Shown: positions 39,672-49,780 of the stretch, piece after piece
Numbering within the stretch: position 1 is the first letter of the stretch
Layout: each line of letters opens with the position of its first letter
Source of the DNA: Deltaproteobacteria bacterium
GTDB taxonomy: Bacteria > Myxococcota_A > UBA9160 > SMWR01
Assembly (NCBI GenBank): GCA_032128375.1
Contig: JAQBGU010000096.1
Span: forward strand, 8,273-72,272
Direction: 5' to 3'
DNA: 64,000 nt
Position numbers and translations under genes: made by a program
The notes under the pieces: model-generated
Told to the model about the DNA's origin: nothing
Database searches by the model: none
What the model saw: the letters and a program-made list of their open reading frames with translations, nothing else

Positions 39672-40992
39672 TTGAGTACGCACAGCCAAAGCGGCGGAAT
39701 CGAAGCGCGGGCGCCTCGATGGGGCCGCAAGCTGCGCGCCCCAGCCGGGGTCGCAGTCCGGACACTGCTCGTCCAGCTACCGATTTTCGATCGCTGGTTC
39801 AGCGTGATGGACGAGGCGCACATGCTGCTGTTCGCGGACCTGGTCACCCAGGGTCAACGCCTCTAGGCGACATGACACATCTACGGTCCGATCGGGTTGA
39901 TCGCGTGGGGATGGATCGGGTGCTGGTGCTGTACTGGCCGCTGATCCTGCTCGCGATCGTGCAAGCCCACGCGCTTTTCCACGCGCATCGACGCCTGACC
40001 TGGATCGTCGCGGCCGCGATGCTGGCGCCAGTCGGCGCCGCAACCGCCTACACCGGTCGACTGGCCCTGCTGTTGCGCGAAAAGTACAGCGAACCAATTC
40101 AGGGCCCTCGCGCCGGAGTGTACGCAGAACCCAGGTGCGCATGCTCGCCGAGCTCATCGCCTACATCCGCGATCACAGCGCGAAAGACCAACCCGTAGCC
40201 GTGTTGCCGTACTTCTCGATTGCGCATTTTCTTGCCGACCGCCACGGACCGCACGGGGCCAGTTACATCATCTGGCCGTTTGCCGAACGCGACCCACGCA
40301 TCATCGACGCAGTGGACGCAACCGGCACCGACCTCGTGATCTACAACTTTACGCAGTTCCCGAATTTCTCGCCGGCCTCCGAGTATGCGCCAGTATTGCA
40401 CGACTACCTGGTGGAACATTTCGAGACCGATCGCACCTTCAGCGACGGGGCGTTCGGCTTCAAGCTGAGCGCGCTCCACCGAGTCGTGCGCAATCTTGCA
40501 GACCGACAATTGATCGAGGATCCGGGGACCGCGAGGCTTCGAACCACAAGCGCGGGAGGAATCTCCCGCAGGATCGAAGGACCGGAGCGGAACCAGTATT
40601 TGTCCGCCACCACATGGCCGTTTCGTGAAGTGCTCGCTCTTCGACCGACCGCGGCCGGCGAGACCGTGCTCTCGGAGCAGCTCGAAGTTCCGCCGGCAAC
40701 CCATCTGCGCACAGCTGTTGGAACGCATCCCGACTTCTGGTTACAATTCCCGCCGACATGCGTCCGCTTTTCGATCAGCGCGGTAGTGGACGGTGAGCGC
40801 CGGCAGCTGTTCCAGCAACAGCTCGATCCACACCAGATTCTCGAAGACCGCGGCTGGTTCGACCTCGATTTGCCACTCGATAATCACACTGGGCAACGAA
40901 TCGAACTGGAATTCGCCACCACGACTGCACTCAGCCACGGACAGTCCCCGCTGATGGCGGGCGGTGTGCCCGTTATTCGTGTGGAGCCGTAG
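39672..40992 (+). pseudogene. Decayed paralog of the adjacent GT-C gene 40992-43277
   Basis: Fragments QLPIFD..MDEAHML..QRL*, IYGPIGLIAWG, VLYWP..RAGV and VLPYF..FLADR..FTQF..WPFR match the neighbour in order. In-frame stops, frame changes near 39918 and 40135, and most of the TM core is missing. Confidence 0.85.
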
Positions 40993-43277
40993 TGGCTGTA
41001 GTTGTTCCGGTTGTTCCGGTTGTTCCGGTTGTTCCGGTCGCTGAACAGGCGGGAGCAGGGCCGCCGGTGCGACAGTCACCGAACGGCATTGTCTCGTATT
41101 TCGAGATGGTCGCTATCGCAACCATCGCCGCCGGGTTCCAGCTGCCGTTTTTCGACACCGCGATATTTCTAATGGACGAGGGGCACATTCTGCAGTTCGC
41201 GGACATCCTGGCCCGTGGCGGCGAGCTCTATCGCGATGCGTCGCTGCTTCCGCTGCCGGGCTCGTTCTATTTCCTAGCCGCCGCGTTCAAGCTCTTCGGG
41301 ACTTCGATCTTGGTAGCCCGCTGGATTGCGTTGATCGAGTTCTCGCTGCTCTGTGTGTTCGGCTTCCTGATGCTGCGTCATCTGGTTTCGCGGCCCTTCG
41401 CGTACGCTGGTGTGCTGCTGTTGTTCGTGTACCGCCTGTGGGCGTTCCCGCATTGGCACATGTACAGCTACTCGACGATGTCGTTGTGCTGGATCGCCGC
41501 CAGTCTCGTATTGTTGATGCGGTTCATCGACACCCAAGAACGTTGGCGCCTCGCACTCGCCGGCCTCCTGACAGGCTTCGCCGTTGCGTGTAAACAGGAT
41601 TATGGCGTCGCGAGTCTCGTTGCGACGAATGCGCTGCTACTCGTGCGTCATCGGACCGCAGAGGCCGCATCGCCCCAGCGGGGACTAGCGGCGCTCGGCT
41701 GGTTCACCGCCCCTGCTACCGCCGTCGGTGTAGTGGTTGCGATCCACTACCTGCAACAGGGCCTGTTCGGCGAATTGTTGCAACACACGTTGCTCCATCA
41801 TCTGATCGGAATCGCGACTTTCGAATACTCGTCGCTTCCGCCGGTTCTTCCACTGTTTGCACAGGAGCCGCTCCTCCGCGGGGCTTCCGGAATTGCTGCG
41901 TACACCCCCGGTGTCGTACTCCAGCTCGACTGGGCAGCGCTTCGAGCCAGCGCATTCTACAACGAGACCTATATCTGGGACCTGTCGGTCAAGCTCTTTT
42001 TCTTCGCCCCCTACGGGATGGTTGCGTTCGGCGCCGCGCGGTTGTGGAAGCACCGGGCACGCGCCCGCAACTCACAACAGCGCACGACGTACTTTTGCGA
42101 GCTCGCGCTGTATTTCGTTGCTTCCGCGCTGGTGCTCGCAATGAACAAGCCCGTCGACTTCGTACACGTCGCGGTGCTCTACTGGCCGCTTTTGCTTTTG
42201 GGGGTGGTGTATCTCGCGGCGCTGCTTCGGAGTCGACCTCGAACCGCTTGGGCCCTGGCTGCGATCAGTCTGCTTCCGACGCTGATCGTGATCGGCTACA
42301 CCGCGACACTCGCACAGCGGTTGAGCGACCGTTACCAAACGCCCCTTCGCGGTGATCGGGCGGGCGTCCGTGTGCTTCCTGACGAAGAGCAGGTAATTGG
42401 TTCGATGGTCGACTGGGTGCGCTCCCACTCTGAGCCTGGCGAACCTTTCGCGGTGCTGCCGTACTTCCCGTTGGTCTCGTTTCTGGCCGATCGCGATGCG
42501 CCGCACCGCGCGGCGTACACGTTTTGGCCGATCGAGTACATCCCGGGCCGTGAACGCCAAATCATCGACGCAATCGAAGCATCCGGAAACGACCGTCTGA
42601 TTTACCATTTCACGCAGTTCGTGGTGTTTCCCCGAATGCCCGAATACGCCCCGGAGCTGTTCGAGTACCTGGTTGAGAGATACGAAATCGAGCGCGTCTT
42701 CACCAGCCGAGGTTGGGGCTACATGGCGGCCGGAATCCGCCGCAGCCCAACGCGCGCGCCCGGCATGGCCGTGATCGATTTCGATGATCCGAAGCTCGAG
42801 TTGTGGATCGAAATCGATGGAGAAGCGAAACAGCCGGTGCCGGACGCGAAACGGGGCGAGCTGCTCGCAACCGCCAAATGGCCGTTCCGACGCGTGTTCA
42901 TGCTACGCCCACTCAGCGGACAGCGTCGCAGCGTCGCGGCCGTCACACTGGATGTCCCGGCTGGTGCGCGCTTGCAATCATCGGTCTCGGTGCATCCCGA
43001 CAAGTGGTTCAACCACCCTCCGTCGTCGGTCACCTTTGGCATTCGCGCCCGGGTGGACGGAGAACTCCAGTCGCTGTACCGCCGAACGATCCGGCCACAG
43101 CAAGACCATCGGGATCGGCATTGGTTCGACTTCGAGATCGACCTGAGCCAATACGGAGGCAGCGAGGTCCAGCTCGAGTTCACGACCGAATGCGAACTTC
43201 CATCAGGTGAGTTGCTCAATATGGGCGGGTTCGAGATTCCGCGGCTTGTGTTTTCAGAGACCGACGTGACGCCGTGA
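40992..43277 (+). CDS. GT-C fold membrane glycosyltransferase with C-terminal beta-sandwich-like domain
   Basis: MDEG acidic motif, GELYRD and CKQDYG motifs, about 12 TMs and a soluble C-terminus. True start may be GTG 41068 or ATG 41106. Confidence 0.78.
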   Translation: MAVVVPVVPVVPVVPVAEQAGAGPPVRQSPNGIVSYFEMVAIATIAAGFQLPFFDTAIFLMDEGHILQFADILARGGELYRDASLLPLPGSFYFLAAAFKLFGTSILVARWIALIEFSLLCVFGFLMLRHLVSRPFAYAGVLLLFVYRLWAFPHWHMYSYSTMSLCWIAASLVLLMRFIDTQERWRLALAGLLTGFAVACKQDYGVASLVATNALLLVRHRTAEAASPQRGLAALGWFTAPATAVGVVVAIHYLQQGLFGELLQHTLLHHLIGIATFEYSSLPPVLPLFAQEPLLRGASGIAAYTPGVVLQLDWAALRASAFYNETYIWDLSVKLFFFAPYGMVAFGAARLWKHRARARNSQQRTTYFCELALYFVASALVLAMNKPVDFVHVAVLYWPLLLLGVVYLAALLRSRPRTAWALAAISLLPTLIVIGYTATLAQRLSDRYQTPLRGDRAGVRVLPDEEQVIGSMVDWVRSHSEPGEPFAVLPYFPLVSFLADRDAPHRAAYTFWPIEYIPGRERQIIDAIEASGNDRLIYHFTQFVVFPRMPEYAPELFEYLVERYEIERVFTSRGWGYMAAGIRRSPTRAPGMAVIDFDDPKLELWIEIDGEAKQPVPDAKRGELLATAKWPFRRVFMLRPLSGQRRSVAAVTLDVPAGARLQSSVSVHPDKWFNHPPSSVTFGIRARVDGELQSLYRRTIRPQQDHRDRHWFDFEIDLSQYGGSEVQLEFTTECELPSGELLNMGGFEIPRLVFSETDVTP
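41001..41036. repeat. 9-bp tandem repeat GTTGTTCCG x4
   Basis: Four perfect copies; would encode (VVP)4 if the GTG at 40992 is the start. Confidence 0.95.
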
Positions 43278-44215
43278 GCCAGCTATGGCAGTCTGAACCG
43301 GCCTTGGACGAGTCCCAGCCCACGCACTGCCCCATCTGCGGATCAACGAACCCGAAACTGCGTTACCAGATTACACAGTACCGCGTCTATCGATGCACGA
43401 GCTGCGCGCAGGTCTATCTCTGGCCACTGATTTCCGATGACGAAGTGCGCGAGATGTTCACGACTCTGTATACGGAAGGCACGGGCTCTGTTCCCGAGCT
43501 CAAAACCTACTACGAGTTCACCTACGACGATGTTCCCAGCAACCCCTTGGTTCAGGCCTACGAAGTCTGGCTGGGGCAACTGGAACGTTTCCAGCAGACC
43601 GGACGATTACTCGACGTCGGCTGCGGCACCGGCCTGTTTCTGGCCGTCGCGAGGCGCCGTGGCTGGGAGACGTTCGGCATCGACGACTGCCTCGAGGCTA
43701 CCGAGCACGCGCGCAACCACTTCAAGCTCGAAGTACTCGACGGCGATTTCTCGGATATCGGCGAGCGCGGCGAGCGCTTCGACGCGATCACGATGTGGGA
43801 CATCATCGAACACGCGCGAGACCCGGTCGGGCTGCTAGCGAACGCGAACAGCGTGTTGGCTCCGGGAGGCGTGATGGGGATATCGACACCTAATCAGCGA
43901 AACATCCTCGATCTCGTCTTGGGCACCCTCTACCGGGTTACCGGCGGCGCGGTATTTACCCCACTCGACAAGATCTACTTTGAGCAGCACTTCCTGTATT
44001 TCGATCCCCACACGCTCGAGGCGGCGATCGATCGGGCAGGATTGGAGGTGGCGTTCGCGAAGCGGGAACTCACGGACCTTCGGCGCCTGTACCTGTCCGC
44101 TCCGATGCGCCTGGTACTTCGGACTCTGTTTGCGGTGTCTCGACTCACTGGGCTCGAGAATCGGCTGTTCGCGATCGCGCGGCACCGGCCGGCGGCTGAG
44201 AAATTGCGGGCGTGA
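43274..44215 (+). CDS. Class I SAM-dependent methyltransferase with N-terminal CxxC/CxxC motif
   Basis: CPIC...CTSC, LDVGCGTG, WDIIEH and STPN motifs. Confidence 0.9.
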   Translation: MSQLWQSEPALDESQPTHCPICGSTNPKLRYQITQYRVYRCTSCAQVYLWPLISDDEVREMFTTLYTEGTGSVPELKTYYEFTYDDVPSNPLVQAYEVWLGQLERFQQTGRLLDVGCGTGLFLAVARRRGWETFGIDDCLEATEHARNHFKLEVLDGDFSDIGERGERFDAITMWDIIEHARDPVGLLANANSVLAPGGVMGISTPNQRNILDLVLGTLYRVTGGAVFTPLDKIYFEQHFLYFDPHTLEAAIDRAGLEVAFAKRELTDLRRLYLSAPMRLVLRTLFAVSRLTGLENRLFAIARHRPAAEKLRA

Positions 44216-46473
44216 GCCGTTATTTCGCGACCGCCAGCGCGCTACTCGCTCTGTTCGGGCTGACGATTTACCAGAGTTCTCTGATCCTGTCCTGCCCCGA
44301 GAACTGCCTGCTCGACTACGTCTCCATGCACGGATCCGAGGTCGGAAACTCCGAGCTCCCGGACGCGCGATTGAATGCGTGGATCCTCGGCTGGGTGCAA
44401 CATGCCGGTTGGACGCAGCCCGCGCGCTTGTTCGACGCCAACGCGTTTTTTCCGGCCCGAAACAGCCTCGCTGGGTCCGAACACATGATTGGAAACGCGC
44501 TGCTCACGCTCCCGCTGCGGCTGTTTACCGACAGCGCGATCGCGTTACATCAGGCCGCGATGGTTCTGTCTTTCGGGCTGCTCGGGCTGTCCGTTTTTGT
44601 TTTTGTGTTATGGGCGGGCCGCTCACCCTGGGCAGCGCTGCTGGCGGGTGCGACCGCGATGTACATGCCTTGGCGCTATAGCGAGGTCGGCCATCTGCAG
44701 CTGCTCAGCGCGCAGTGGATCCCACTCGTATGGTGGTTGACCACTCGAGTACTGATGGGCGAGGGATCGCGGCGAGATGTCATCGCGCTCTCGTTCGCTC
44801 TGGGCATCCAGCTACTCAGCTCCTTCTACTTGGCGTATTTCGTGTTGTTTTCCGCGGGTTGCCTCGCCGCTGCAGTGGCAATTCAAACGCGCCCATCGCT
44901 TCGCTGCTGGACGCGGTTGGGCACCGCCTACGCGATACCGATGGCTTTGCTGGTCGCTCTTTCGCTGCCCTATCTGAGCCGCTATTCGGCCTATCGCTTC
45001 GCGAGCCCGGCGGTCATTCCCCAATCGACACCACCCGCTCTCGTGTTGTCGTTCCTCGCGCCTTCGCCGACGTTGTTCGCGGACTACCAACGCCTCGCGG
45101 ACGTCAGCTACTACATCCCACTCGTCGTATTCGCGCTCGCACTGGTGCCATTCGCGAGCAGGTTTGCAACACGGCGTGCCGCGGTCGATCTCGACCCAAC
45201 CGAGCACCGCATCCGCATCGCGAGCCTGGGACTTCTGGCAGCGATCGCAGGCGCCTTCGTATTGATGTTGGGCCGCCAGCTTGCGATCGGGGAACTGGAC
45301 GTACCCATCCTCGCGACACTACTGGCAAAGTCGCTCCCCGGCTTTTCGCAGATGCGGGCCGAGTTCCGCTGGGGCATCGTGATTGGAATCGCATTCCCGG
45401 TGCTGGCGGGGTTCGGTATCGCGCTACTCGATCGCGCGGGCGCCCGCTGGCGGCCCCTTCAGATTGGGATGAATCTGGCGATCGCCGCTGCCATCGCCCT
45501 CAACACGCCGATGTTCGAGCTTCCCGTCAAACCCGCATGGAAGCCGTCGACTGGAATCCTGGCCGCCCACCAGGCATTGGCAGATCTCCCACCCGGTACC
45601 ACGGTCGAACTTCCATGGGGCTTCAGACACCTTCACACCGCCAGCTTTGGCAGCCGCTACATGTTGGCGAGTTCGCTCGATTGGAATCCGATCCTCAACG
45701 GCTACACCGCCTATCCCCCCGCGTCGCATTTTTTCTTGCAGCGCATCGCGCAGCGCCTACCCGATGTGGGTGCACTCGATCGGTTGCGGCGGCTGACTGA
45801 CCTGCGCTGGGTCGTCGTTCACCCGACTTCGGCACAGATGCGGAAGCGCTGGGACAACGCTGTAGATCGCGGACTGGTCGAACTCGCTTTCGCTGAGCCC
45901 AACGCGCGGATCTACCGCGTTCCCGAACACCCCGATAGCGGAGAGTGGCTAGCCGTACTGGCCTCCGATGCGCCGCGTCCGCGAACCTTCAGCGGGCTGT
46001 CGCGGGCCCCCATCGACGGCTCGCGAGCGATCGGTCTGATCCGGGTCGTGACTCCACCGACGATGAAGTACCAAAACGCCACCGGCATGGAGACCTGGAT
46101 CGATCTCGACATACAGAACGATTCCGACGCGAACTGGCCCGGCTTCGATATCCAGACCGAGGGGCTGGTCGAATTGCGCTATCGATTCATCGACCCGATC
46201 GGCAACGTCGTGCACGAAGACACCGCGTCGCTGGACACCGACGTGATGGCCGGCCGACAGGTCCGGACTCCGGTCGTCGTGCGCGCCCCTCCGCGTGAGG
46301 GGCTCTACACCGTTCGGTTCGATCTGGTACAACGCATCGATAACGAATGGTTCGCGCTCTCGGTCGATTCAGTGGACCGAAAAGTCCAAGTCGAGCACGC
46401 GAGCGCGCCGTCGTCCCGAATGCGCGATGAACTCCGAGCGCGAGGCCGGGATCCGACACGGATGCCGGACTAA
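44212..46473 (+). CDS. YfhO-like / GT-C-type membrane protein with C-terminal Ig-like domain
   Basis: DARLNAW...NAFFP..LAGSEH, HLQLL, MRAEFRW and NGYT motifs. C-terminal beta domain (PPREGLYTVRFDLVQ). Confidence 0.65.
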   Translation: MSRYFATASALLALFGLTIYQSSLILSCPENCLLDYVSMHGSEVGNSELPDARLNAWILGWVQHAGWTQPARLFDANAFFPARNSLAGSEHMIGNALLTLPLRLFTDSAIALHQAAMVLSFGLLGLSVFVFVLWAGRSPWAALLAGATAMYMPWRYSEVGHLQLLSAQWIPLVWWLTTRVLMGEGSRRDVIALSFALGIQLLSSFYLAYFVLFSAGCLAAAVAIQTRPSLRCWTRLGTAYAIPMALLVALSLPYLSRYSAYRFASPAVIPQSTPPALVLSFLAPSPTLFADYQRLADVSYYIPLVVFALALVPFASRFATRRAAVDLDPTEHRIRIASLGLLAAIAGAFVLMLGRQLAIGELDVPILATLLAKSLPGFSQMRAEFRWGIVIGIAFPVLAGFGIALLDRAGARWRPLQIGMNLAIAAAIALNTPMFELPVKPAWKPSTGILAAHQALADLPPGTTVELPWGFRHLHTASFGSRYMLASSLDWNPILNGYTAYPPASHFFLQRIAQRLPDVGALDRLRRLTDLRWVVVHPTSAQMRKRWDNAVDRGLVELAFAEPNARIYRVPEHPDSGEWLAVLASDAPRPRTFSGLSRAPIDGSRAIGLIRVVTPPTMKYQNATGMETWIDLDIQNDSDANWPGFDIQTEGLVELRYRFIDPIGNVVHEDTASLDTDVMAGRQVRTPVVVRAPPREGLYTVRFDLVQRIDNEWFALSVDSVDRKVQVEHASAPSSRMRDELRARGRDPTRMPD

Positions 46474-46507
46474 GGGCTCGCCCTTCGCTCAGCGGACCCA
46501 ACAACAA

Positions 46508-47176
46508 TCAAGGGGACCGGTAGCTGTCCGCATATTCTTCGTTCCACAGCAGCACGTGGAATCGGCTGTTGGCCCGAATCACCTGCCAGCCTGCAGCATT
46601 CGCCATCCGCACAGAGTTTTCGTTGTCGAGCGGAATGGTTGCGTAGTCGGGAAGCCGCTCCGAATGCGTGAAGGCGGCGGTCTGCTTGAGCGCCTCCTGT
46701 CCCAACCCCAGGTTGTGAGTATTGGGACGCGTCCAGATGCCGGTCACGGCACGCGACGGATAGAACAGGCGCAGCAACAAATATCCAACCAGTTCGTCTT
46801 CGACGAAAATTCCGAACGGAAGATAGGAGCGCCTTCGCAGCGCGCGCCCGGCCGAGCCACGATCGAGCGGATGGGGCGGTAGATAACGCGCTCGCAATGA
46901 AGCACACAGGTCCGCGAACATGACCTCGTCCTCTGGATGCAGGAAGCGAATCCTCGCCGCCAGACCCTTGCGTGTCTGCAGAGGGACGTCGAGAGTACCT
47001 GCTCGGCGCCGCAAGCCCGAAAAGCGCAGCGCCGCGAACATCTCGTTGCTCCAATCGTAAACCCGGAAAAGCCAGTGCCCGCGTTCGTTGAGACGGTATA
47101 TGACTTCCTCGGCCCAATTCTGCAGTCCGGCCACACGCGGCGCGAGGTCGTCTTTTTTCCCGCCGTGGCCGTCCAC
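46508..47176 (-). CDS. GNAT-like N-acyltransferase (putative)
   Basis: ELVGYLLL beta strand, NLGLG acetyl-CoA-loop-like motif and N..S.R...AGW ending. Confidence 0.55.
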   Translation of the reverse strand: MDGHGGKKDDLAPRVAGLQNWAEEVIYRLNERGHWLFRVYDWSNEMFAALRFSGLRRRAGTLDVPLQTRKGLAARIRFLHPEDEVMFADLCASLRARYLPPHPLDRGSAGRALRRRSYLPFGIFVEDELVGYLLLRLFYPSRAVTGIWTRPNTHNLGLGQEALKQTAAFTHSERLPDYATIPLDNENSVRMANAAGWQVIRANSRFHVLLWNEEYADSYRSP

Positions 47177-48114
47177 TACCCGGCGTCCGATTCAGCGATG
47201 TACCATTGCGCGAACTCGCACAACGTGACGGCTTCACCTGCTGCCGAGAGCGACTCCATCGCATGCGTCAGAAAACGTCTGCGGCCCTCGAACGAAACGG
47301 CGAGCGCGGGAGTCCGCGCAATCGCTACTTCCAGTGCGGTCCCTTCGAAGTCTGCAAATTCGATCAGGTGGAACAACGCATGCAAGATGACGTGCCCCCG
47401 ACCGTAGCGATTCATCATGAAGCTGAAGAATCGCGGTCCGAGACGTCGCAACAGGGTCGAGTAGAACGGAATGCGCGCTCCAGAAAGCGTCGAAAAAGGC
47501 AGCTCCAAGATGCGCGGCAGATTCCGGTCGGCATCGGGTCGACGGCGATGCAGTGCGTCCATGCGCGGCCAGTACGGGAGATTGGGTGCGAACGCGACGA
47601 TCGGGTGACCGAGCTGATACTCGTCGCGTCGCACGAACAGCCGGCCGTAGACCATGAACGCCCACATCAACGGCGTTGGAAACACGGACGAATCGTACAG
47701 GTAGTCACGCTCCGCCAGGATACCGAGGGTCTCCTCATCGATTTCACAAGACGGTGTTCGCCAGCCGACTGGCTGCTCGCCCAGAATATCAGCGATGGCC
47801 TCGCCGCCCTGGTCGATCTCACGCTCCTTTTGTTGCCGACTCAGCTGGCGAAAATTGTAGGGGTGGCTGTAGGAGTGATTCCCGACCTCGTGGCCGCGCG
47901 CGACGATTTCGCGTATCCCGGCCCGGTTCTCCGCACGCGCCGCATCGCGACCGATCATGAAGAAGGTGGCGCGAATACCGCATCGGTCGAAGACATCGAG
48001 AAAGCGCGGAACCGCGTCGGAATAGAAAGTAGGCGCGTCTTCATCGAGCTCTGTGTCGACCAGGCTCTGATAATCCTGATAGTTGTCCAGATCGATGCTG
48101 ATGCACACCTTCAT
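47176..48114 (-). CDS. Polysaccharide deacetylase (CE4-like)
   Basis: SIDLD, ATFF, HEVGNHSYSH, GWRTP and YDSS motifs. ATG 48114 overlaps the upstream stop. Confidence 0.88.
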   Translation of the reverse strand: MKVCISIDLDNYQDYQSLVDTELDEDAPTFYSDAVPRFLDVFDRCGIRATFFMIGRDAARAENRAGIREIVARGHEVGNHSYSHPYNFRQLSRQQKEREIDQGGEAIADILGEQPVGWRTPSCEIDEETLGILAERDYLYDSSVFPTPLMWAFMVYGRLFVRRDEYQLGHPIVAFAPNLPYWPRMDALHRRRPDADRNLPRILELPFSTLSGARIPFYSTLLRRLGPRFFSFMMNRYGRGHVILHALFHLIEFADFEGTALEVAIARTPALAVSFEGRRRFLTHAMESLSAAGEAVTLCEFAQWYIAESDAG

Positions 48115-48914
48115 GCGCTGGCGGCCGCCACAGGTCGAGCGAGTGCGACCACATGCGCAGCGTGCCGTGCGATCATCGGTGACGAGAAGTACCGCCAGCG
48201 CCGTGACTCGGCTCGTGCGATCGCAGTCAATGCGCGAACGATCGCGTTGTCTCCAAATAGCCGAGTCTGTGCACTCACGCAGAACAGCCCGACCCCCCAG
48301 TAGCGCTCTTGCCGCAGGCCCGATTCCGCGAGCAGTGAGCCGATGGAGTCGAGGCTGTAGGTGCGCGAGATCATCAATTCGGATGGCCGCGTGCGCGCAC
48401 GCAACCAGCGATAGATGTTGCCGAGACACCCGTACAACGATTCGCTGGGGACGTATGTGTACAGGAAACGACCGCCTGGTTTCAGCACGCGTCGCATCTC
48501 GGCGAGCGCCTGGTGAAGGTCGGGCAGGTGATCAAACAGCTCCATGCAGCACACTACGTCGAACGAGCCATCGGCGAACTCCGAGAGGTCTTCCGCATTT
48601 GCCGAGCGGACCTCGAAGCGGTCTTCCAATCCGAGTCCCCGAACGGTGTCATTCGCGATCTCGAGCATGTCCGGATTCAGATCGACGCCAATCACGTGGC
48701 AACCGCGGCCGGCGAACAGCGCGCCAAAGCGGCCCGGGCCGGTCCCGACGTCGAGCACCTTCCAGTCCGGATCGATTGCCAGCTGGTCTTCGAGGACGTG
48801 GAGTTCCGCGTTGTAGTGGAACGCAAGCGGTCCCGAGCCCGGCGTCCACCACTGGCTGACGGTACCGCCTCGGGCGAAGTAGTCGCCGACACCCTTCGCG
48901 TCGAGTTCGCTCAA
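48111..48914 (-). CDS. Class I SAM-dependent methyltransferase
   Basis: LDVGTGPG, GVDL, FDVV and RVLKPGG motifs. Confidence 0.9.
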   Translation of the reverse strand: MSELDAKGVGDYFARGGTVSQWWTPGSGPLAFHYNAELHVLEDQLAIDPDWKVLDVGTGPGRFGALFAGRGCHVIGVDLNPDMLEIANDTVRGLGLEDRFEVRSANAEDLSEFADGSFDVVCCMELFDHLPDLHQALAEMRRVLKPGGRFLYTYVPSESLYGCLGNIYRWLRARTRPSELMISRTYSLDSIGSLLAESGLRQERYWGVGLFCVSAQTRLFGDNAIVRALTAIARAESRRWRYFSSPMIARHAAHVVALARPVAAASA

Positions 48915-49648
48915 GGCGAACCCAAACGACGCCGGACCAATAACAGCAGCGTGTCGATCGTTGTCCGAAGGACTGCCATCTTGCTCACACCCATTTTGAG
49001 GTCATAGCGGAGTATCAGCGGCACCTCACTCATGATCGCGTCGAGCTTCCGAAGCTTCAGCAGGATGTCGACCATGCAGCTGAAACCGGTTTCGGCTACG
49101 AACTCGCCACCATAGGTGTCGAATGCCTGCTTGACCACGTCGGCGCGGTAGGCGCGATAGCCGGACGTGAAGTCGCGAACGCCTCGCGTGGGAAACAAGA
49201 CTCGGAACATCGCGCTTCCGACCCGGCTCAGCGCTCGGCGGTACAGCGGAACGCCTTTGATATGCGATCCGTGCCGAAAACGCGACGCAATCACCACGTC
49301 GTTTCCCTCGTGAATTCCGCGCACCATCGACGAAATCAGGCCGGGCGTATGGGTGTTGTCGGAATCCATCGTGACGATGATGTCTCGCTCTTCGGCTCCT
49401 TCGATCGCGTGAATCAAACCGGTTCGAATCGCGTCGCCAAGCCCGCGGTTGACTTCGTGATCGACCCGGGTGATCGGCATACTGACTGCCATCTTGTCCA
49501 CGACATCGGCGGTCGCGTCGGTGCTGCCATCGTTGACTACGATCACGCGATATTCGATCTGGTTTTCTTGCATCGCCTCGCGCGTACGTTCGAGCAGCAG
49601 GGGAAGCGTCTGCTCCTCGTTGTATGCCGGCAGTGTGATGATGACCAT
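48911..49648 (-). CDS. GT2 glycosyltransferase, polyprenol-phosphate-sugar synthase-like
   Basis: LPAYNEE, NDGSTD, MDSDNTH, ASRF and DFTSGYRAY motifs. Confidence 0.9.
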   Translation of the reverse strand: MVIITLPAYNEEQTLPLLLERTREAMQENQIEYRVIVVNDGSTDATADVVDKMAVSMPITRVDHEVNRGLGDAIRTGLIHAIEGAEERDIIVTMDSDNTHTPGLISSMVRGIHEGNDVVIASRFRHGSHIKGVPLYRRALSRVGSAMFRVLFPTRGVRDFTSGYRAYRADVVKQAFDTYGGEFVAETGFSCMVDILLKLRKLDAIMSEVPLILRYDLKMGVSKMAVLRTTIDTLLLLVRRRLGSP

Positions 49649-49780
49649 GCTCGCGAAGCCTTTCTCGCTCTGGCTGAATCATGCGCTCTAGGCGTATCTC
49701 GTGGCTGGGACCCTGCTACGATAGCCGAAAGCGCGCTGCATTTAGCCGCCTTCAGCCCCCGACGAGTGGCCAGCACCTTC

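Noticed and set aside
39864..39875. Amber or opal readthrough (Pyl/Sec) in the GT-C fragment
   Set aside because: TAG is followed by TGA, large deletions and frameshifts; gene decay explains it better.
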